Source: Escherichia coli
GTDB lineage: Bacteria; Pseudomonadota; Gammaproteobacteria; Enterobacterales; Enterobacteriaceae
Reading direction: 5' to 3' (one strand)
Length of the DNA stretch: 64,000 nucleotides
NCBI RefSeq assembly: GCF_041886205.1
Contig: NZ_CP169029.1
Both the position numbers and the translations under genes were made by a program. Position 1 is the stretch's first letter, and the number at the start of each line of letters is the position of its first letter. Below are positions 12,112-25,530 of this stretch, piece by piece. Below the pieces are notes generated by a model. The model was not told where the DNA came from, did not search any database, and worked only from the letters and a program-made list of their open reading frames with translations.

Positions 12112-12295
12112 CTTAATCCAGTGCAGTGTCTTAGCTGAATACAAGTCGCCAGGAGTATATGAATAAATCCCGGCAGCGGATAGCGTCAAGCCTGGCTTGC
12201 AGAAAAACTCGGAATAAACCTTATTTGTTGCAGCCCTGTGGCACAATGGTCAACATAATACCCTAACCCGACAACGCGAAAAAAAGAACTTTGCC

Positions 12296-13060
12296 ATGAA
12301 ATTGAATATCCGCGCGCAAACTGCACAAAACCAGCACAATAATTCTCCCATCGTTCTTGTCCATGGTCTTTTTGGCAGCCTCGACAACCTTGGCGTACTG
12401 GCTCGCGATCTGGTAAACGATCACAATATCATCCAGGTTGATATGCGTAACCACGGTCTTTCACCGAGAGATCCGGTAATGAATTACCCGGCGATGGCGC
12501 AGGATCTTGTTAATACCCTGGATGCACAGCAGATCGACAAAGCAACATTTATCGGTCACTCCATGGGCGGTAAAGCGGTAATGGCACTTACTGCACTGGC
12601 CCCCGATCGCATCGATAAACTGGTGGCGATCGATATCGCACCGGTCGACTATCACGTACGCCGTCATGATGAGATTTTCTCGGCTATCAACGCGGTCAGT
12701 GAATCGTACGCACAAACTCGCCAGCAAGCAGCAGCAATAATGCGCCAGCATCTTAATGAAGAAGGGGTGATTCAGTTTCTGTTGAAATCTTTTGTTGACG
12801 GGGAGTGGCGCTTTAACGTGCCGGTATTGTGGGATCAGTATCCGCATATTGTGGGTTGGGAGAAAATCCCGGCATGGGATCACCCTGCCCTATTTATCCC
12901 TGGTGGTAATTCTCCGTATGTTAGCGAGCAGTACCGTGATGATTTACTGGCACAATTTCCACAGGCACGGGCGCATGTGATTGCAGGCGCGGGTCACTGG
13001 GTCCATGCTGAAAAACCGGATGCGGTATTACGCGCTATCCGTCGCTATCTCAATGATTAA
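12296..13060 (+). CDS. ybfF: alpha/beta-hydrolase esterase YbfF
   Basis: 254-aa ORF with GHSMGG nucleophile elbow. Confidence 0.9.
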   Translation: MKLNIRAQTAQNQHNNSPIVLVHGLFGSLDNLGVLARDLVNDHNIIQVDMRNHGLSPRDPVMNYPAMAQDLVNTLDAQQIDKATFIGHSMGGKAVMALTALAPDRIDKLVAIDIAPVDYHVRRHDEIFSAINAVSESYAQTRQQAAAIMRQHLNEEGVIQFLLKSFVDGEWRFNVPVLWDQYPHIVGWEKIPAWDHPALFIPGGNSPYVSEQYRDDLLAQFPQARAHVIAGAGHWVHAEKPDAVLRAIRRYLND

Positions 13061-13199
13061 CGCAACTGATTAAAAACCCAGCGTCCGCGTCGCTTTCCGC
13101 GCGTGGGCGTTGGCGTGACTCATCGCGCTGATGTATTATGGCGCGCTATCCATCCGGGCAGAGGCCTGGCTGATTGTTTCCCCCGAAGTCACCAAGATC

Positions 13200-13493
13200 A
13201 TGGCCAAAGAACAAACGGACCGTACGACATTAGATCTGTTCGCGCACGAGCGTCGACCGGGACGACCGAAAACAAATCCGCTTTCGCGCGATGAACAGCT
13301 GCGTATTAATAAACGCAACCAACTAAAACGCGACAAAGTACGTGGCCTTAAGCGTGTCGAACTGAAGCTGAACGCGGAAGCTGTCGAGGCGCTGAACGAG
13401 CTGGCGGAATCGCGTAATATGAGCCGTAGCGAACTGATCGAAGAGATGTTAATGCAGCAACTGGCGGCGCTGCGTAGTCAGGGCATCGTTTAA
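13200..13493 (+). CDS. ybfE: LexA-regulated protein YbfE (CopG-like)
   Basis: 97-aa frame from [33 protein letters not shown]. Confidence 0.8.
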   Translation: MAKEQTDRTTLDLFAHERRPGRPKTNPLSRDEQLRINKRNQLKRDKVRGLKRVELKLNAEAVEALNELAESRNMSRSELIEEMLMQQLAALRSQGIV

Positions 13494-13632
13494 ATTTCCA
13501 CTTTCATGTAGCACAGTGTGCAGTCCTGCTCGTTTGCTGATTCCGCAAGACTGCCTGTTCTGCTATGATTGCCTTTATCCGTGGGCAATTTTCCACCCCC
13601 ATTTCAATAAGTTTCAAGAGGTTATTTCACTC

Positions 13633-14163
13633 ATGGCTATCACTGGCATCTTTTTCGGCAGCGACACCGGTAATACCGAAAATATCGCAAAAATGATTCA
13701 AAAACAGCTTGGTAAAGACGTTGCCGATGTCCATGACATTGCAAAAAGCAGCAAAGAAGATCTGGAAGCTTATGACATTCTGCTGCTGGGCATCCCAACC
13801 TGGTATTACGGCGAAGCGCAGTGTGACTGGGATGACTTCTTCCCGACTCTCGAAGAGATTGATTTCAACGGCAAACTGGTTGCGCTGTTTGGTTGTGGTG
13901 ACCAGGAAGATTACGCCGAATATTTCTGCGACGCATTGGGCACCATCCGCGACATCATTGAACCGCGCGGTGCAACCATCGTTGGTCACTGGCCAACTGC
14001 GGGCTATCATTTCGAAGCATCAAAAGGTCTGGCAGATGACGACCACTTTGTCGGTCTGGCTATCGACGAAGACCGTCAGCCGGAACTGACCGCTGAACGT
14101 GTAGAAAAATGGGTTAAACAGATTTCTGAAGAGTTGCATCTCGACGAAATTCTTAATGCCTGA
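13633..14163 (+). CDS. fldA: flavodoxin 1
   Basis: 176-aa frame [28 protein letters not shown] (FMN-binding flavodoxin signature). Confidence 0.97.
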
Positions 14164-14365
14164 TGTGATGCGGCGTAGACTCATGTCTACGCCGTATTAA
14201 TAGATAATGCCAATCAAAATAATTGCTACAAATTTGTAACTTTTGCTGTTGTACCTGTACAATGTCCCGGAGTTCAAGTGGCCTTGCCGTTGTAAATGTA
14301 AGCTGTGCCACGTTTTTATTAACAATATTTGCCAGGGACTTGTGGTTTTCATTTAGGCGTGGCAA

Positions 14366-14388
14366 TTCTATAATGATACGCATTATCT
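14366..14388 (+). promoter_or_regulatory. Fur box-like operator at uof/fur promoter
   Basis: TATAATGATACGCATTATC resembles GATAATGATAATCATTATC Fur consensus, just upstream of and overlapping the uof start. Confidence 0.5.
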
Positions 14389-14459
14389 CAAGAGCAAATT
14401 CTGTCACTTCTTCTAATGAAGTGAACCGCTTAGTAACAGGACAGATTCCGCATGACTGA
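14373..14459 (+). CDS. uof: upstream-of-fur leader peptide Uof
   Basis: 28-aa frame MIRIISRANSVTSSNEVNRLVTGQIPHD; its stop overlaps the fur ATG (translational coupling). Confidence 0.7.
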   Translation: MIRIISRANSVTSSNEVNRLVTGQIPHD

Positions 14460-14898
14460 TAACAATACCGCCCTAAAGAAAGCTGGCCTGAAAGTAACGC
14501 TTCCTCGTTTAAAAATCCTGGAAGTTCTTCAGGAGCCGGACAACCATCACGTCAGTGCGGAAGATTTATACAAACGTCTGATCGATATGGGTGAAGAAAT
14601 TGGTCTGGCTACGGTATATCGCGTACTGAACCAGTTTGACGACGCTGGTATCGTCACCCGCCACAATTTTGAAGGCGGTAAATCCGTATTTGAACTGACA
14701 CAGCAACATCACCACGATCACCTGATTTGCCTCGACTGCGGCAAGGTTATCGAATTTAGTGATGATTCCATCGAAGCGCGTCAGCGTGAAATTGCCGCAA
14801 AACATGGCATTCGCCTGACTAACCACAGTCTCTATCTTTACGGTCACTGTGCCGAAGGCGATTGCCGCGAAGATGAGCACGCGCACGAAGGCAAATAA
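14452..14898 (+). CDS. fur: ferric uptake regulator Fur
   Basis: 148-aa ORF MTDNNTALKKAGLKVTLPRLKILEVLQEP...HHHDHLICLDCGKV. Confidence 0.97.
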   Translation: MTDNNTALKKAGLKVTLPRLKILEVLQEPDNHHVSAEDLYKRLIDMGEEIGLATVYRVLNQFDDAGIVTRHNFEGGKSVFELTQQHHHDHLICLDCGKVIEFSDDSIEARQREIAAKHGIRLTNHSLYLYGHCAEGDCREDEHAHEGK

Positions 14899-14914
14899 GT
14901 CAGCCTGAACGAGA

Positions 14915-14941
14915 AAAGCCAACCTGCGGGTTGGCTTTTTT
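14915..14941 (+). terminator. bidirectional rho-independent terminator between fur and chiQ
   Basis: AAAAGCCAACC-TGCG-GGTTGGCTTTTTT hairpin with A/T runs on both sides. Confidence 0.7.
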
Positions 14942-14981
14942 ATGCAAGGGAAATAAGAAAAGCGAGAGTTACAGCTCTCAC

Positions 14982-15308
14982 TTATTTGTTATTACTGCGT
15001 ATTTCCTGCCAGACTTTATCACAATCGGCTTTCACCGCCTGATCATTTCCGGTTTGTGTTGCGCGCAGACACTGCTGATAATCCAGTACGCGTACACTTT
15101 CCTGGTCGGCAAACTGCTGATGTTGTTTCTCTTTCTTCAGCACGTTTAACACGCTCTGGCAGGCTTCAATTTTTTCTGGCGAACCTTGCGCGGTGTTGAT
15201 ACAGGCGCTGTATGCCTCTTTCAGACGGCTGTCTTCCTGTGGTGCGGTTGATTGCGCACAAGCTACCAGCCCTGATGCCATCATGGCGATGAGAATCAGT
15301 TTTTTCAT
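14982..15308 (-). CDS. chiQ: lipoprotein ChiQ (YbfN)
   Basis: 108-aa frame from MKKLILIAMMASGLVACAQS (lipobox), cotranscribed downstream of chiP. Confidence 0.8.
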   Translation of the reverse strand: MKKLILIAMMASGLVACAQSTAPQEDSRLKEAYSACINTAQGSPEKIEACQSVLNVLKKEKQHQQFADQESVRVLDYQQCLRATQTGNDQAVKADCDKVWQEIRSNNK

Positions 15309-15357
15309 AGCAAATTCCTCAAACGTGCGGCAGGCACAAAACCTGCCGCGTCGGGCA

Positions 15358-16764
15358 TCAGAAGATGGTGAATGGTGCAATTACCATAAATTTCACGTCA
15401 CGCTCATCCTGGAAGATGTTACCGTAACCGCCGCCCCAGCTTGGGATGTCGGAGTGGTTGTCGTATTCGGTGAAGTGCAGTTTGAACATCGTGCCTTTGG
15501 CGCGACCGTCCTGAATGGTGTAGACCGCATCCAGGCTGTAGGCAGACTCTTCAATAGTCCGGTTTTTGTCGTAGTACGCATCCGGATTGCTCTGCCAGGT
15601 CGCAGGTTTAGCATCCCATGCGTAAACGTAGGAAGCGCCGATGGCGAAGCCTGGAAGATTCCAGTTTTTCAGGTCATACATCGCACCGAAGAAGACCGCT
15701 TTTTCGCCGTTGGCGTTGAAGTCAGAACGGTTATCCCACCAGATATCCAGGCGACCATTCGAGGAAGCGTAGGTTGGGGTCATACGTTGCAGGAAGTATC
15801 CCTGCTGACCGTCAGCCTTAACCCAGGTGCCTTCGAGGCGCAAATCCACTACGTCAGCCGCCCGGTAACCAAAGGTCAACGCTTGCAGCCAGGCGGTGCC
15901 GTCATAAAGATCGTTGACGCTGCGATCGTCAACTTTATCGCGGGTACCATAGAACTGGTAGCTGGTGGTTAACGGGCTACCGGCGATATCAAATTTGTAG
16001 CTGGCTTTGGCAAAATATTGATCGATATACCCTTCCGCCTGACCAAATGCTGCTTCCAGTACGAAGTTATTTTTGAAGTCGTATTTCGCACCGATGGAGT
16101 GCAGGTAATCAACTTTGGTGGTTTTATCGTTCTGATAAAACTCATCCATTTCCAGATGCCACGGCGCTTTGTATTCGTTGGTCCACATGTAGGAGAAACT
16201 CAAGGCACCAGCATCGCCGTAATCAAAATTCGCTCCGGCTTCCGCACCCTGATAAGTACCTGGCATAAAGCTCCAGTGCGGCGCTAACAGCGTTTGACCA
16301 GTTGGCTGAATGTAACCTGCCCTCGCCCAAACCGGACCGTATTTAAATTTGGCCGCAGCTTTATACAGGCTTATACCGCTTTTGTCGCCGGACCAGTCTT
16401 CGTCATAGGCTTTATTACTTTTTGAAAACGCGATTTCGTTCGGGTGGGAGCTGTCGCCGTTTTCCGCCATTTCAATCGCCGTAAACGCAGCAATATCAAG
16501 GCCGAACATATCAGCAGCATAACCGGACTGAAAATCGAGGTTGGCATTCCAGGTGGAGTGAGAAAGGTTGGTTTTGTATTTGTCGCCGTCGGTAACATCT
16601 TTACGGTCGCGTTCACGCTGCCAGTAATATATACCGCCGGTTAAGGTTGAATCGTCGATGAATCCTTCGGCGCGAGCCTCCGGCATTGCCATAAAGCCCG
16701 ACATTGCTGTAACACCGGCGATAGCCAGCGCCAGCGTACTACGTTTGCCACTAAACGTACGCAT
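15358..16764 (-). CDS. chiP: chitooligosaccharide outer-membrane porin ChiP
   Basis: 468-aa ORF with signal peptide and C-terminal aromatic residue (…PFTIF). Confidence 0.9.
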   Translation of the reverse strand: MRTFSGKRSTLALAIAGVTAMSGFMAMPEARAEGFIDDSTLTGGIYYWQRERDRKDVTDGDKYKTNLSHSTWNANLDFQSGYAADMFGLDIAAFTAIEMAENGDSSHPNEIAFSKSNKAYDEDWSGDKSGISLYKAAAKFKYGPVWARAGYIQPTGQTLLAPHWSFMPGTYQGAEAGANFDYGDAGALSFSYMWTNEYKAPWHLEMDEFYQNDKTTKVDYLHSIGAKYDFKNNFVLEAAFGQAEGYIDQYFAKASYKFDIAGSPLTTSYQFYGTRDKVDDRSVNDLYDGTAWLQALTFGYRAADVVDLRLEGTWVKADGQQGYFLQRMTPTYASSNGRLDIWWDNRSDFNANGEKAVFFGAMYDLKNWNLPGFAIGASYVYAWDAKPATWQSNPDAYYDKNRTIEESAYSLDAVYTIQDGRAKGTMFKLHFTEYDNHSDIPSWGGGYGNIFQDERDVKFMVIAPFTIF

Positions 16765-17119
16765 GGGTTAATCCTCTTTGACGTATAAATTGCTGCACCA
16801 AAGGTGAACAGCGAAAAAATAAAAATTAAAAAAGTAGCGTTGAGAAAAGTCTCGCTGACTACAGGAACAGACTATTTTTCGCGACGCGAATTATCAATCT
16901 CTTTCTGTAACCAGAATGTAAGAACATGAGCAACCGCACATATTTTGATGATTTTTGTTATAAGGCTTAAGTTTGCGGTTGAAAGGCTTGCAGAAGAATA
17001 AAAGCGTGAAATTCCAGCAAGATGAAAGCGGTTACATTTTATTTAATTATGTTTTGTTATTTTAAATTTATTTTATGGATAAATTGCGAAGCGGAATTAA
17101 TTCGCGAAGAAAAGCAGAA

Positions 17120-17145
17120 AAAACGCCGCTGAACGCGGCGTTTTG
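17120..17145 (-). terminator. rho-independent terminator downstream of glnS
   Basis: AAAACGCCGC-TGAA-CGCGGCGTTTT hairpin with T-run on minus strand. Confidence 0.55.
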
Positions 17146-17163
17146 GATTGTTTGCATATTTCT

Positions 17164-17333
17164 TGCCGGATGCGGCGTGAACGCCTTAACCGGCCTACAA
17201 AAGCACGCAAACTCAATATATTGCAGAGATCATGTAGGCCTGATAAGCGTAGTGCATCAGGCAATTTAGCGTTTGAAACTGTTTGTCTGTTCCTTGCCGG
17301 ATGCGACGTAAACGCCCCATCCGGCATAGCGAA
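17164..17333. repeat. REP/BIME cluster (three REP units)
   Basis: GCCGGATGCGGCGTGAACGCC, GCCTGATAAGCGTAGTGCATCAGGC and GCCGGATGCGACGTAAACGCC units. Confidence 0.8.
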
Positions 17334-17341
17334 ACTTAAAA

Positions 17342-19006
17342 TTACTCGCCTACTTTCGCCCAGGTATCACGCAGCCCAACGGTGCGGTTAAATACCGGTT
17401 TTTCCGCCGTAGAATGGCGGCTATCGAGGCAGAAGTAACCTTCACGCTCAAACTGGAATGCTTTACCCGCAACCGCATCTTTCAGCGACGGTTCAGCAAA
17501 GCCCTGTTTGATCACCAGCGATTCCGGGTTAATCACCGACAGGAAATCATCCGCAGCACCAGGGTTCGGCACGCTGAACAGACGGTCGTACAGACGGATT
17601 TCAACCGGCAGCGCATGTGCCGCGCTCACCCAGTGAATAACACCTTTGACTTTACGACCATCTGCCGGATCTTTGCTTAAGGTGTCGGCGTCATAAGTAC
17701 AGAAGATGGTGGTGATATTGCCTTCGGCATCTTTCTCCACGCGTTCTGCCTTAATGACGTAAGCATTACGCAGACGCACTTCTTTACCCAGCACCAGACG
17801 TTTGTACTGCTTGTTAGCTTCTTCGCGGAAATCGGCGCGATCGATCCAAATCTCACCGCTAAACGGCACCTGGCGGCTACCCATTTCCGGTTTGTTCGGA
17901 TGGTTCGGCATGGTAACCATTTCGCCTTCGCCCTGATAGTTTTCGATAACCAGTTTCACCGGATCGATAACCGCCATTGCGCGCGGGGCGTTTTCGTTGA
18001 GATCTTCACGGATGCAGGATTCCAGCGACGCCATCTCAATGGTGTTGTCCTGCTTGGTCACGCCGATGCGTTTGCAGAACTCACGAATAGAAGCAGCAGT
18101 GTAACCACGACGACGCAGACCGGAAATGGTCGGCATACGCGGGTCATCCCAGCCTTCAACGTGCTTGTCGGTCACCAGCAGGTTCAGCTTACGCTTGGAC
18201 ATCACAGTGTATTCCAGATTCAGGCGCGAGAATTCGTACTGGCGCGGGTGAACAGGAATGGTGATGTTGTCCAGCACCCAGTCGTACAGGCGACGGTTGT
18301 CCTGGAACTCAAGCGTACACAGAGAGTGCGTAATACCTTCCAGGGCATCGCTGATGCAGTGGGTGAAGTCGTACATCGGGTAGATGCACCACTTGTTGCC
18401 AGTCTGGTGGTGTTCAGCAAATTTAATGCGGTACAGCACCGGATCGCGCATCACGATAAACGGTGAAGCCATGTCGATTTTCGCACGCAGGCAGGCTTTA
18501 CCTTCTTCAAAACCACCGGCACGCATTTTTTCGAACAGCGCCAGGTTCTCTTCAACGCTGCGGTCGCGGTACGGGCTGTTTTTACCCGGTTGCGTCAGGG
18601 TGCCGCGGTATTCGCGGATCTGTTCCGGCGTCAGTTCATCAACGTACGCCAGGCCTTTATTGATCAGTTCGATCGCATAGGCGTGGAGCTGATCAAAATA
18701 ATCGGAGGAGTAACGGACGTTACCAGACCAGTGAAAACCTAACCACTCTACGTCGTTTTTGATCGACTCAACATACTCGATATCTTCTTTTACCGGGTTA
18801 GTGTCGTCGAAACGCAGGTTGCACTGGCCTTTATAGTCCTGGGCGATCCCGAAGTTCAGGCAGATAGATTTCGCATGGCCAATATGCAGATAGCCATTCG
18901 GCTCCGGCGGGAAACGGGTGTGTACTGTGGTGTGCTTACCACTGGCCAGATCTTCATCGATGATCTGACGGATAAAGTTAGTCGGGCGGGCTTCTGCCTC
19001 ACTCAT
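17342..19006 (-). CDS. glnS: glutaminyl-tRNA synthetase
   Basis: 554-aa [27 protein letters not shown]; class I HIGH (HIGH at PNGYLHIGH) and MSK (VMSKR) motifs. Confidence 0.97.
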
Positions 19007-19165
19007 CGTGGATTCCTCAAAGCGTAAACAACGTATAACGGCGTATGATCTTATAAGCGGGACAGGCTGACAACTGTTAGTTTTTTAAAATTGATAATCT
19101 AACAAGGATTATGGGGATGATTGATGAAAAAAAAGCGGCAGAGAAGATCTCCACCGCTTGTCATT

Positions 19166-19200
19166 GTTGGATGCGACGCTCAAGCGTCGCATCAGGCATA
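19166..19200. repeat. REP palindromic unit
   Basis: GGATGCGACGCTCAAGCGTCGCATCAGGC. Confidence 0.7.
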
Positions 19201-19207
19201 AAGCAGA

Positions 19208-21154
19208 TTACTTTTTGATTTCATACAGCGGTGTTTGACCCGCCACAACATGGCCCTGAGCTTTAATGATCAAGCCACTGAAATCGTCGATATTGCTGCA
19301 AACCACCGGGCTAATCATCGAGCGGGCGTTAGCGTTCAGGTAATCCAGATCCATTTCCAGAATCGGTTGCCCTGCGCTTACCTGCGCACCCTCTTCCACC
19401 AGACGTTTAAAGCCTTTACCTTCCAGCGCTACGGTGTCGATACCCATATGGACGACGATCTCCGCGCCTTTTTCGGTTTCCAGGCAGAACGCGTGGTTGG
19501 TGTTGAAGATTTTCACGATTGTCCCTGCGGCTGGTGATACGACGATTTTATCTGTCGGTTTCACCGCCACACCGTCACCCACCGCTTTGCTGGCGAATGC
19601 TTCGTCAGGAACCTGATCCAGTGCCACGACATCACCGGTAATCGGCGATACCAGCTCCGCGATAGATACCGCGTTTGGTACAGCCTGCGGTTTTGCTACA
19701 GGCGCGGCAGTTGCCGGAGTTGCTTCAGCTGACGCAGCGGCTACCGGACCACGGGCAACAACTTTCTTCATTGCATCGCCGATGGATTCTGCTTTCGCGC
19801 CAACAATCACCTGAATAGTCTGTTTGTTCAGTTTCACTACACCAGAAGCACCCAGACGTTTACACATCGCATCGTTGACGCGGGCAGAGTCAGCCACGGT
19901 CAGGCGCAGACGGGTGATACAGGCGTCAATTGCTTTCAGGTTGTCAGTGCCGCCAACCGCAGCAATATAGTTGGTCGCCAGTTGATTGAGGCCTTCTTCA
20001 GTGTTGCTGTTGGCTTCTTCAGTAACGATCTCGTCTTCTTTATCTTCACGACCCGGCGTTTTCAGGTTGAACATGCGGATAACCAAACTGAACACCACGA
20101 AGTAGATAGCGAAGAAGACAACACCCATCACCAGCAGCATCCAGACGTTCTGGCTGGCGGCCGGCAGGTTATACATCAACGCGTAGTCGATAGCACCCGC
20201 AGAGAAAGAGAAGCCAGCATGGATACCCAGCAGCGTTGCCACAAACAGGCTGATACCGGTCAGCAGTGCGTGCAGGAGGTACAACAGCGGCGCAAGGAAC
20301 ATGAACAGGAATTCCAGCGGCTCAGTCACACCGGTCAGGAACGCAGTAACAGCAACAGAAAGCAGCATCCCGCCAACCATCGGACGACGCTCTTTCGGTG
20401 CTGCGAAGTACATCGCCAGCGCCGCCCCCGGCAGACCGAACATCATGATCGGGAAGAAGCCGGACATGAACATCCCCGCGGTGCCGTCACCGGCATAGAA
20501 GCGGTTAATGTCGCCGTGGAAAACCGTACCCGCCGCGTTGGTGAATTCACCAATCTGGAACCAGGCGATGGTGTTCAGTACCTGATGCAGACCGGTTGGG
20601 ATCAGCAGACGGTTGATGAAACCAAAGATACCGGAACCCAGCGCGCCCGCAGAAACGATCCACTCGCCGCCTGCATGGATAGCGTGCTGTACCGGCGGCC
20701 AGACATAACCAAAAATGGCCGCCAGCACCAGGCAGAAGAAGCCGGTGGCGATCGGCACAAAGCGTTTGCCGCCGAAGAAGCTCAGGAAGTCCGGCAGTTT
20801 AATATCGGACCAACGGTTATAGGCTGCACCACCAACCAGACCGGTAATGATACCCGCCAGTACACCCATGTTAATTTCTGGGTTGATGGTCACCATCGCT
20901 TTGGTTAACACAAAGTAACCGACCGCACCCGCCAGCGCCGCCGCACCTGCGCTGTCTTTCGACCAGCTGGATGCCACACCGATGGCGAAGATTAATGCGA
21001 GGTTATCAAAAATCGCACCGCCCGCCTGGGCAATAAACGCAACGTTAAGTAAATCTGGCTGACCGAATCGCAGCAACAGCGCCGCCACCGGCAGCACCGC
21101 GATAGGGAGCTGTAACGCCCTACCGAGTCGCTGGAAAAAACCTAAAATATTCAT
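19208..21154 (-). CDS. nagE: PTS N-acetylglucosamine-specific EIICBA component
   Basis: 648-aa ORF MNILGFFQRLGRALQLPIAVLP; EIIC membrane domain followed by EIIB and EIIA. Confidence 0.97.
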   Translation of the reverse strand: MNILGFFQRLGRALQLPIAVLPVAALLLRFGQPDLLNVAFIAQAGGAIFDNLALIFAIGVASSWSKDSAGAAALAGAVGYFVLTKAMVTINPEINMGVLAGIITGLVGGAAYNRWSDIKLPDFLSFFGGKRFVPIATGFFCLVLAAIFGYVWPPVQHAIHAGGEWIVSAGALGSGIFGFINRLLIPTGLHQVLNTIAWFQIGEFTNAAGTVFHGDINRFYAGDGTAGMFMSGFFPIMMFGLPGAALAMYFAAPKERRPMVGGMLLSVAVTAFLTGVTEPLEFLFMFLAPLLYLLHALLTGISLFVATLLGIHAGFSFSAGAIDYALMYNLPAASQNVWMLLVMGVVFFAIYFVVFSLVIRMFNLKTPGREDKEDEIVTEEANSNTEEGLNQLATNYIAAVGGTDNLKAIDACITRLRLTVADSARVNDAMCKRLGASGVVKLNKQTIQVIVGAKAESIGDAMKKVVARGPVAAASAEATPATAAPVAKPQAVPNAVSIAELVSPITGDVVALDQVPDEAFASKAVGDGVAVKPTDKIVVSPAAGTIVKIFNTNHAFCLETEKGAEIVVHMGIDTVALEGKGFKRLVEEGAQVSAGQPILEMDLDYLNANARSMISPVVCSNIDDFSGLIIKAQGHVVAGQTPLYEIKK

Positions 21155-21277
21155 CTTATTCCCCCTACGAGAACCCTATTTGGCTCGTTTAAAGCCGTAT
21201 TTTTATTTTGCTGCAAATTGTACTGCCGATGTTCTGTAATCAGATTGTTAGATCATCTGCTACAGAGTGTGTGAAAA

Positions 21278-21300
21278 TTTAATTCGTATCGCAAATTAAA
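21278..21300. promoter_or_regulatory. candidate NagC operator in nagE-nagB divergent region
   Basis: Palindrome TTTAATTCGTATCGCAAATTAAA in the intergenic region. Confidence 0.5.
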
Positions 21301-21308
21301 CGCGTGTC

Positions 21309-21330
21309 TTTTGTGAGTTTTGTCACCAAA
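21309..21330. promoter_or_regulatory. CRP binding site between nagE and nagB
   Basis: TGTGA-N6-TCACC match to CRP consensus TGTGA-N6-TCACA. Confidence 0.6.
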
Positions 21331-21486
21331 TATCGTTATCATCACTCCCTTTTACTGGCTAAACCAGAAAACTTATTTTATCATTCAAAAAATCAGGTCG
21401 AATTGACGCCTGTCTGCGCAAATCCAGGTTACGCTTAAAGATGCCTAATCCGCCAACGGCTTACATTTTACTTATTGAGGTGAATA

Positions 21487-23495
<2,009 letters not shown>

Positions 23496-23503
23496 GAGAA
23501 AGT

Positions 23504-24724
23504 ATGACACCAGGCGGACAAGCTCAGATAGGTAATGTTGATCTCGTAAAACAGCTTAACAGCGCGGCGGTTTATCGCCTGATTGACCAGTACGGGCCAA
23601 TCTCGCGGATTCAGATTGCCGAGCAAAGCCAGCTTGCCCCCGCCAGCGTAACCAAAATTACGCGTCAGCTTATCGAACGCGGGCTGATCAAAGAAGTTGA
23701 TCAGCAGGCCTCCACCGGGGGCCGCCGCGCTATCTCCATCGTCACCGAAACCCGCAATTTCCACGCAATCGGCGTACGGCTTGGTCGTCACGACGCCACC
23801 ATCACCCTGTTTGATCTCAGCAGCAAAGTGCTGGCAGAAGAACATTACCCGCTGCCGGAACGTACCCAGCAAACGCTGGAACATGCCCTGTTGAATGCCA
23901 TTGCTCAGTTTATTGATAGCTACCAGCGCAAACTGCGCGAGCTGATCGCGATTTCGGTGATCCTGCCAGGGCTTGTTGACCCGGACAGCGGCAAAATTCA
24001 TTACATGCCGCATATTCAGGTAGAAAACTGGGGGCTGGTAGAAGCTCTGGAAGAACGTTTTAAAGTGACCTGTTTCGTTGGTCACGATATCCGTAGTCTG
24101 GCGCTGGCGGAGCACTACTTCGGTGCAAGTCAGGATTGCGAAGACTCCATTCTGGTGCGTGTCCATCGCGGAACCGGGGCCGGGATTATCTCTAACGGGC
24201 GCATTTTTATTGGCCGCAACGGTAACGTCGGTGAAATTGGCCATATTCAGGTCGAACCGCTGGGTGAACGCTGCCACTGCGGCAACTTTGGCTGCCTGGA
24301 AACTATCGCCGCCAACGCTGCCATTGAACAACGGGTGTTGAATCTGTTAAAGCAGGGCTACCAGAGCCGCGTGCCGCTGGACGACTGCACCATCAAAACT
24401 ATCTGCAAAGCCGCGAACAAAGGCGATAGTCTGGCGTCGGAAGTAATTGAGTATGTCGGTCGTCATCTGGGTAAAACCATCGCCATTGCTATCAACTTAT
24501 TTAATCCGCAAAAAATTGTTATTGCCGGTGAAATCACCGAAGCCGATAAAGTGCTGCTCCCTGCTATTGAAAGCTGCATTAATACCCAGGCGCTGAAGGC
24601 GTTTCGCACTAATCTGCCGGTGGTACGTTCTGAGCTGGATCACCGCTCGGCAATCGGCGCTTTTGCGCTGGTAAAACGCGCCATGCTCAACGGTATTTTG
24701 CTCCAGCATTTGCTGGAAAATTAA
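23504..24724 (+). CDS. nagC: ROK-family transcriptional regulator NagC
   Basis: 406-aa ORF MTPGGQAQIGNVDLVKQLNSAAVYRLIDQYGPISR. Confidence 0.97.
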   Translation: MTPGGQAQIGNVDLVKQLNSAAVYRLIDQYGPISRIQIAEQSQLAPASVTKITRQLIERGLIKEVDQQASTGGRRAISIVTETRNFHAIGVRLGRHDATITLFDLSSKVLAEEHYPLPERTQQTLEHALLNAIAQFIDSYQRKLRELIAISVILPGLVDPDSGKIHYMPHIQVENWGLVEALEERFKVTCFVGHDIRSLALAEHYFGASQDCEDSILVRVHRGTGAGIISNGRIFIGRNGNVGEIGHIQVEPLGERCHCGNFGCLETIAANAAIEQRVLNLLKQGYQSRVPLDDCTIKTICKAANKGDSLASEVIEYVGRHLGKTIAIAINLFNPQKIVIAGEITEADKVLLPAIESCINTQALKAFRTNLPVVRSELDHRSAIGAFALVKRAMLNGILLQHLLEN

Positions 24725-24771
24725 TGTGCTTTTATAGTGGCGCTTATTGTTGTCAATATTCTGGGTAGTCC

Positions 24772-25524
24772 ATGACCATTAAAAATGTAATTTGCGATAT
24801 CGACGGCGTGCTGATGCACGATAACGTCGCCGTACCGGGTGCAGCGGAATTTTTGCACGGGATTATGGATAAAGGCCTGCCGCTGGTGTTGCTGACCAAC
24901 TATCCTTCGCAGACTGGGCAAGATCTGGCGAACCGCTTTGCCACCGCAGGTGTCGATGTACCTGACAGCGTGTTTTATACCTCTGCGATGGCGACTGCCG
25001 ATTTCCTGCGTCGCCAGGAAGGCAAGAAAGCGTATGTGGTGGGCGAAGGCGCACTGATTCATGAACTGTACAAAGCCGGTTTCACTATTACCGATGTGAA
25101 CCCTGATTTTGTGATTGTTGGCGAAACGCGTTCCTACAACTGGGACATGATGCATAAAGCGGCCTATTTCGTCGCTAATGGTGCACGCTTTATCGCCACC
25201 AACCCGGATACCCACGGGCGCGGTTTTTATCCGGCCTGTGGCGCGTTGTGTGCAGGGATCGAGAAAATCTCCGGGCGCAAACCGTTCTATGTCGGTAAGC
25301 CCAGTCCGTGGATCATCCGCGCGGCATTAAACAAAATGCAGGCGCATTCGGAAGAAACGGTGATTGTCGGCGATAACCTGCGTACCGATATTCTGGCGGG
25401 CTTCCAGGCAGGTCTGGAGACGATTCTGGTGCTTTCTGGTGTTTCGTCGCTCGACGATATCGACAGTATGCCGTTCCGCCCAAGTTGGATTTACCCATCG
25501 GTCGCTGAAATCGACGTTATCTGA
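24772..25524 (+). CDS. nagD: HAD-family ribonucleotide monophosphatase NagD
   Basis: 250-aa ORF MTIKNVICDIDGVLMHDN (HAD DxDG motif). Confidence 0.95.
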   Translation: MTIKNVICDIDGVLMHDNVAVPGAAEFLHGIMDKGLPLVLLTNYPSQTGQDLANRFATAGVDVPDSVFYTSAMATADFLRRQEGKKAYVVGEGALIHELYKAGFTITDVNPDFVIVGETRSYNWDMMHKAAYFVANGARFIATNPDTHGRGFYPACGALCAGIEKISGRKPFYVGKPSPWIIRAALNKMQAHSEETVIVGDNLRTDILAGFQAGLETILVLSGVSSLDDIDSMPFRPSWIYPSVAEIDVI

Positions 25525-25530
25525 ATAGCA

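Noticed and set aside
14153-14407. 84-aa minus-strand ORF in the fldA-fur intergenic region
   Set aside because: It is antisense to the fur/uof promoter and leader, with no supporting signals; the spacing here is explained by the fur promoters.
17075-17391. Short ORFs (64-82 aa) in the chiP-glnS intergenic region
   Set aside because: They are built from REP/BIME palindromes (GCCGGATGCGGCG...), have no ribosome-binding context, and the same repeat-derived peptides recur at other REP sites.
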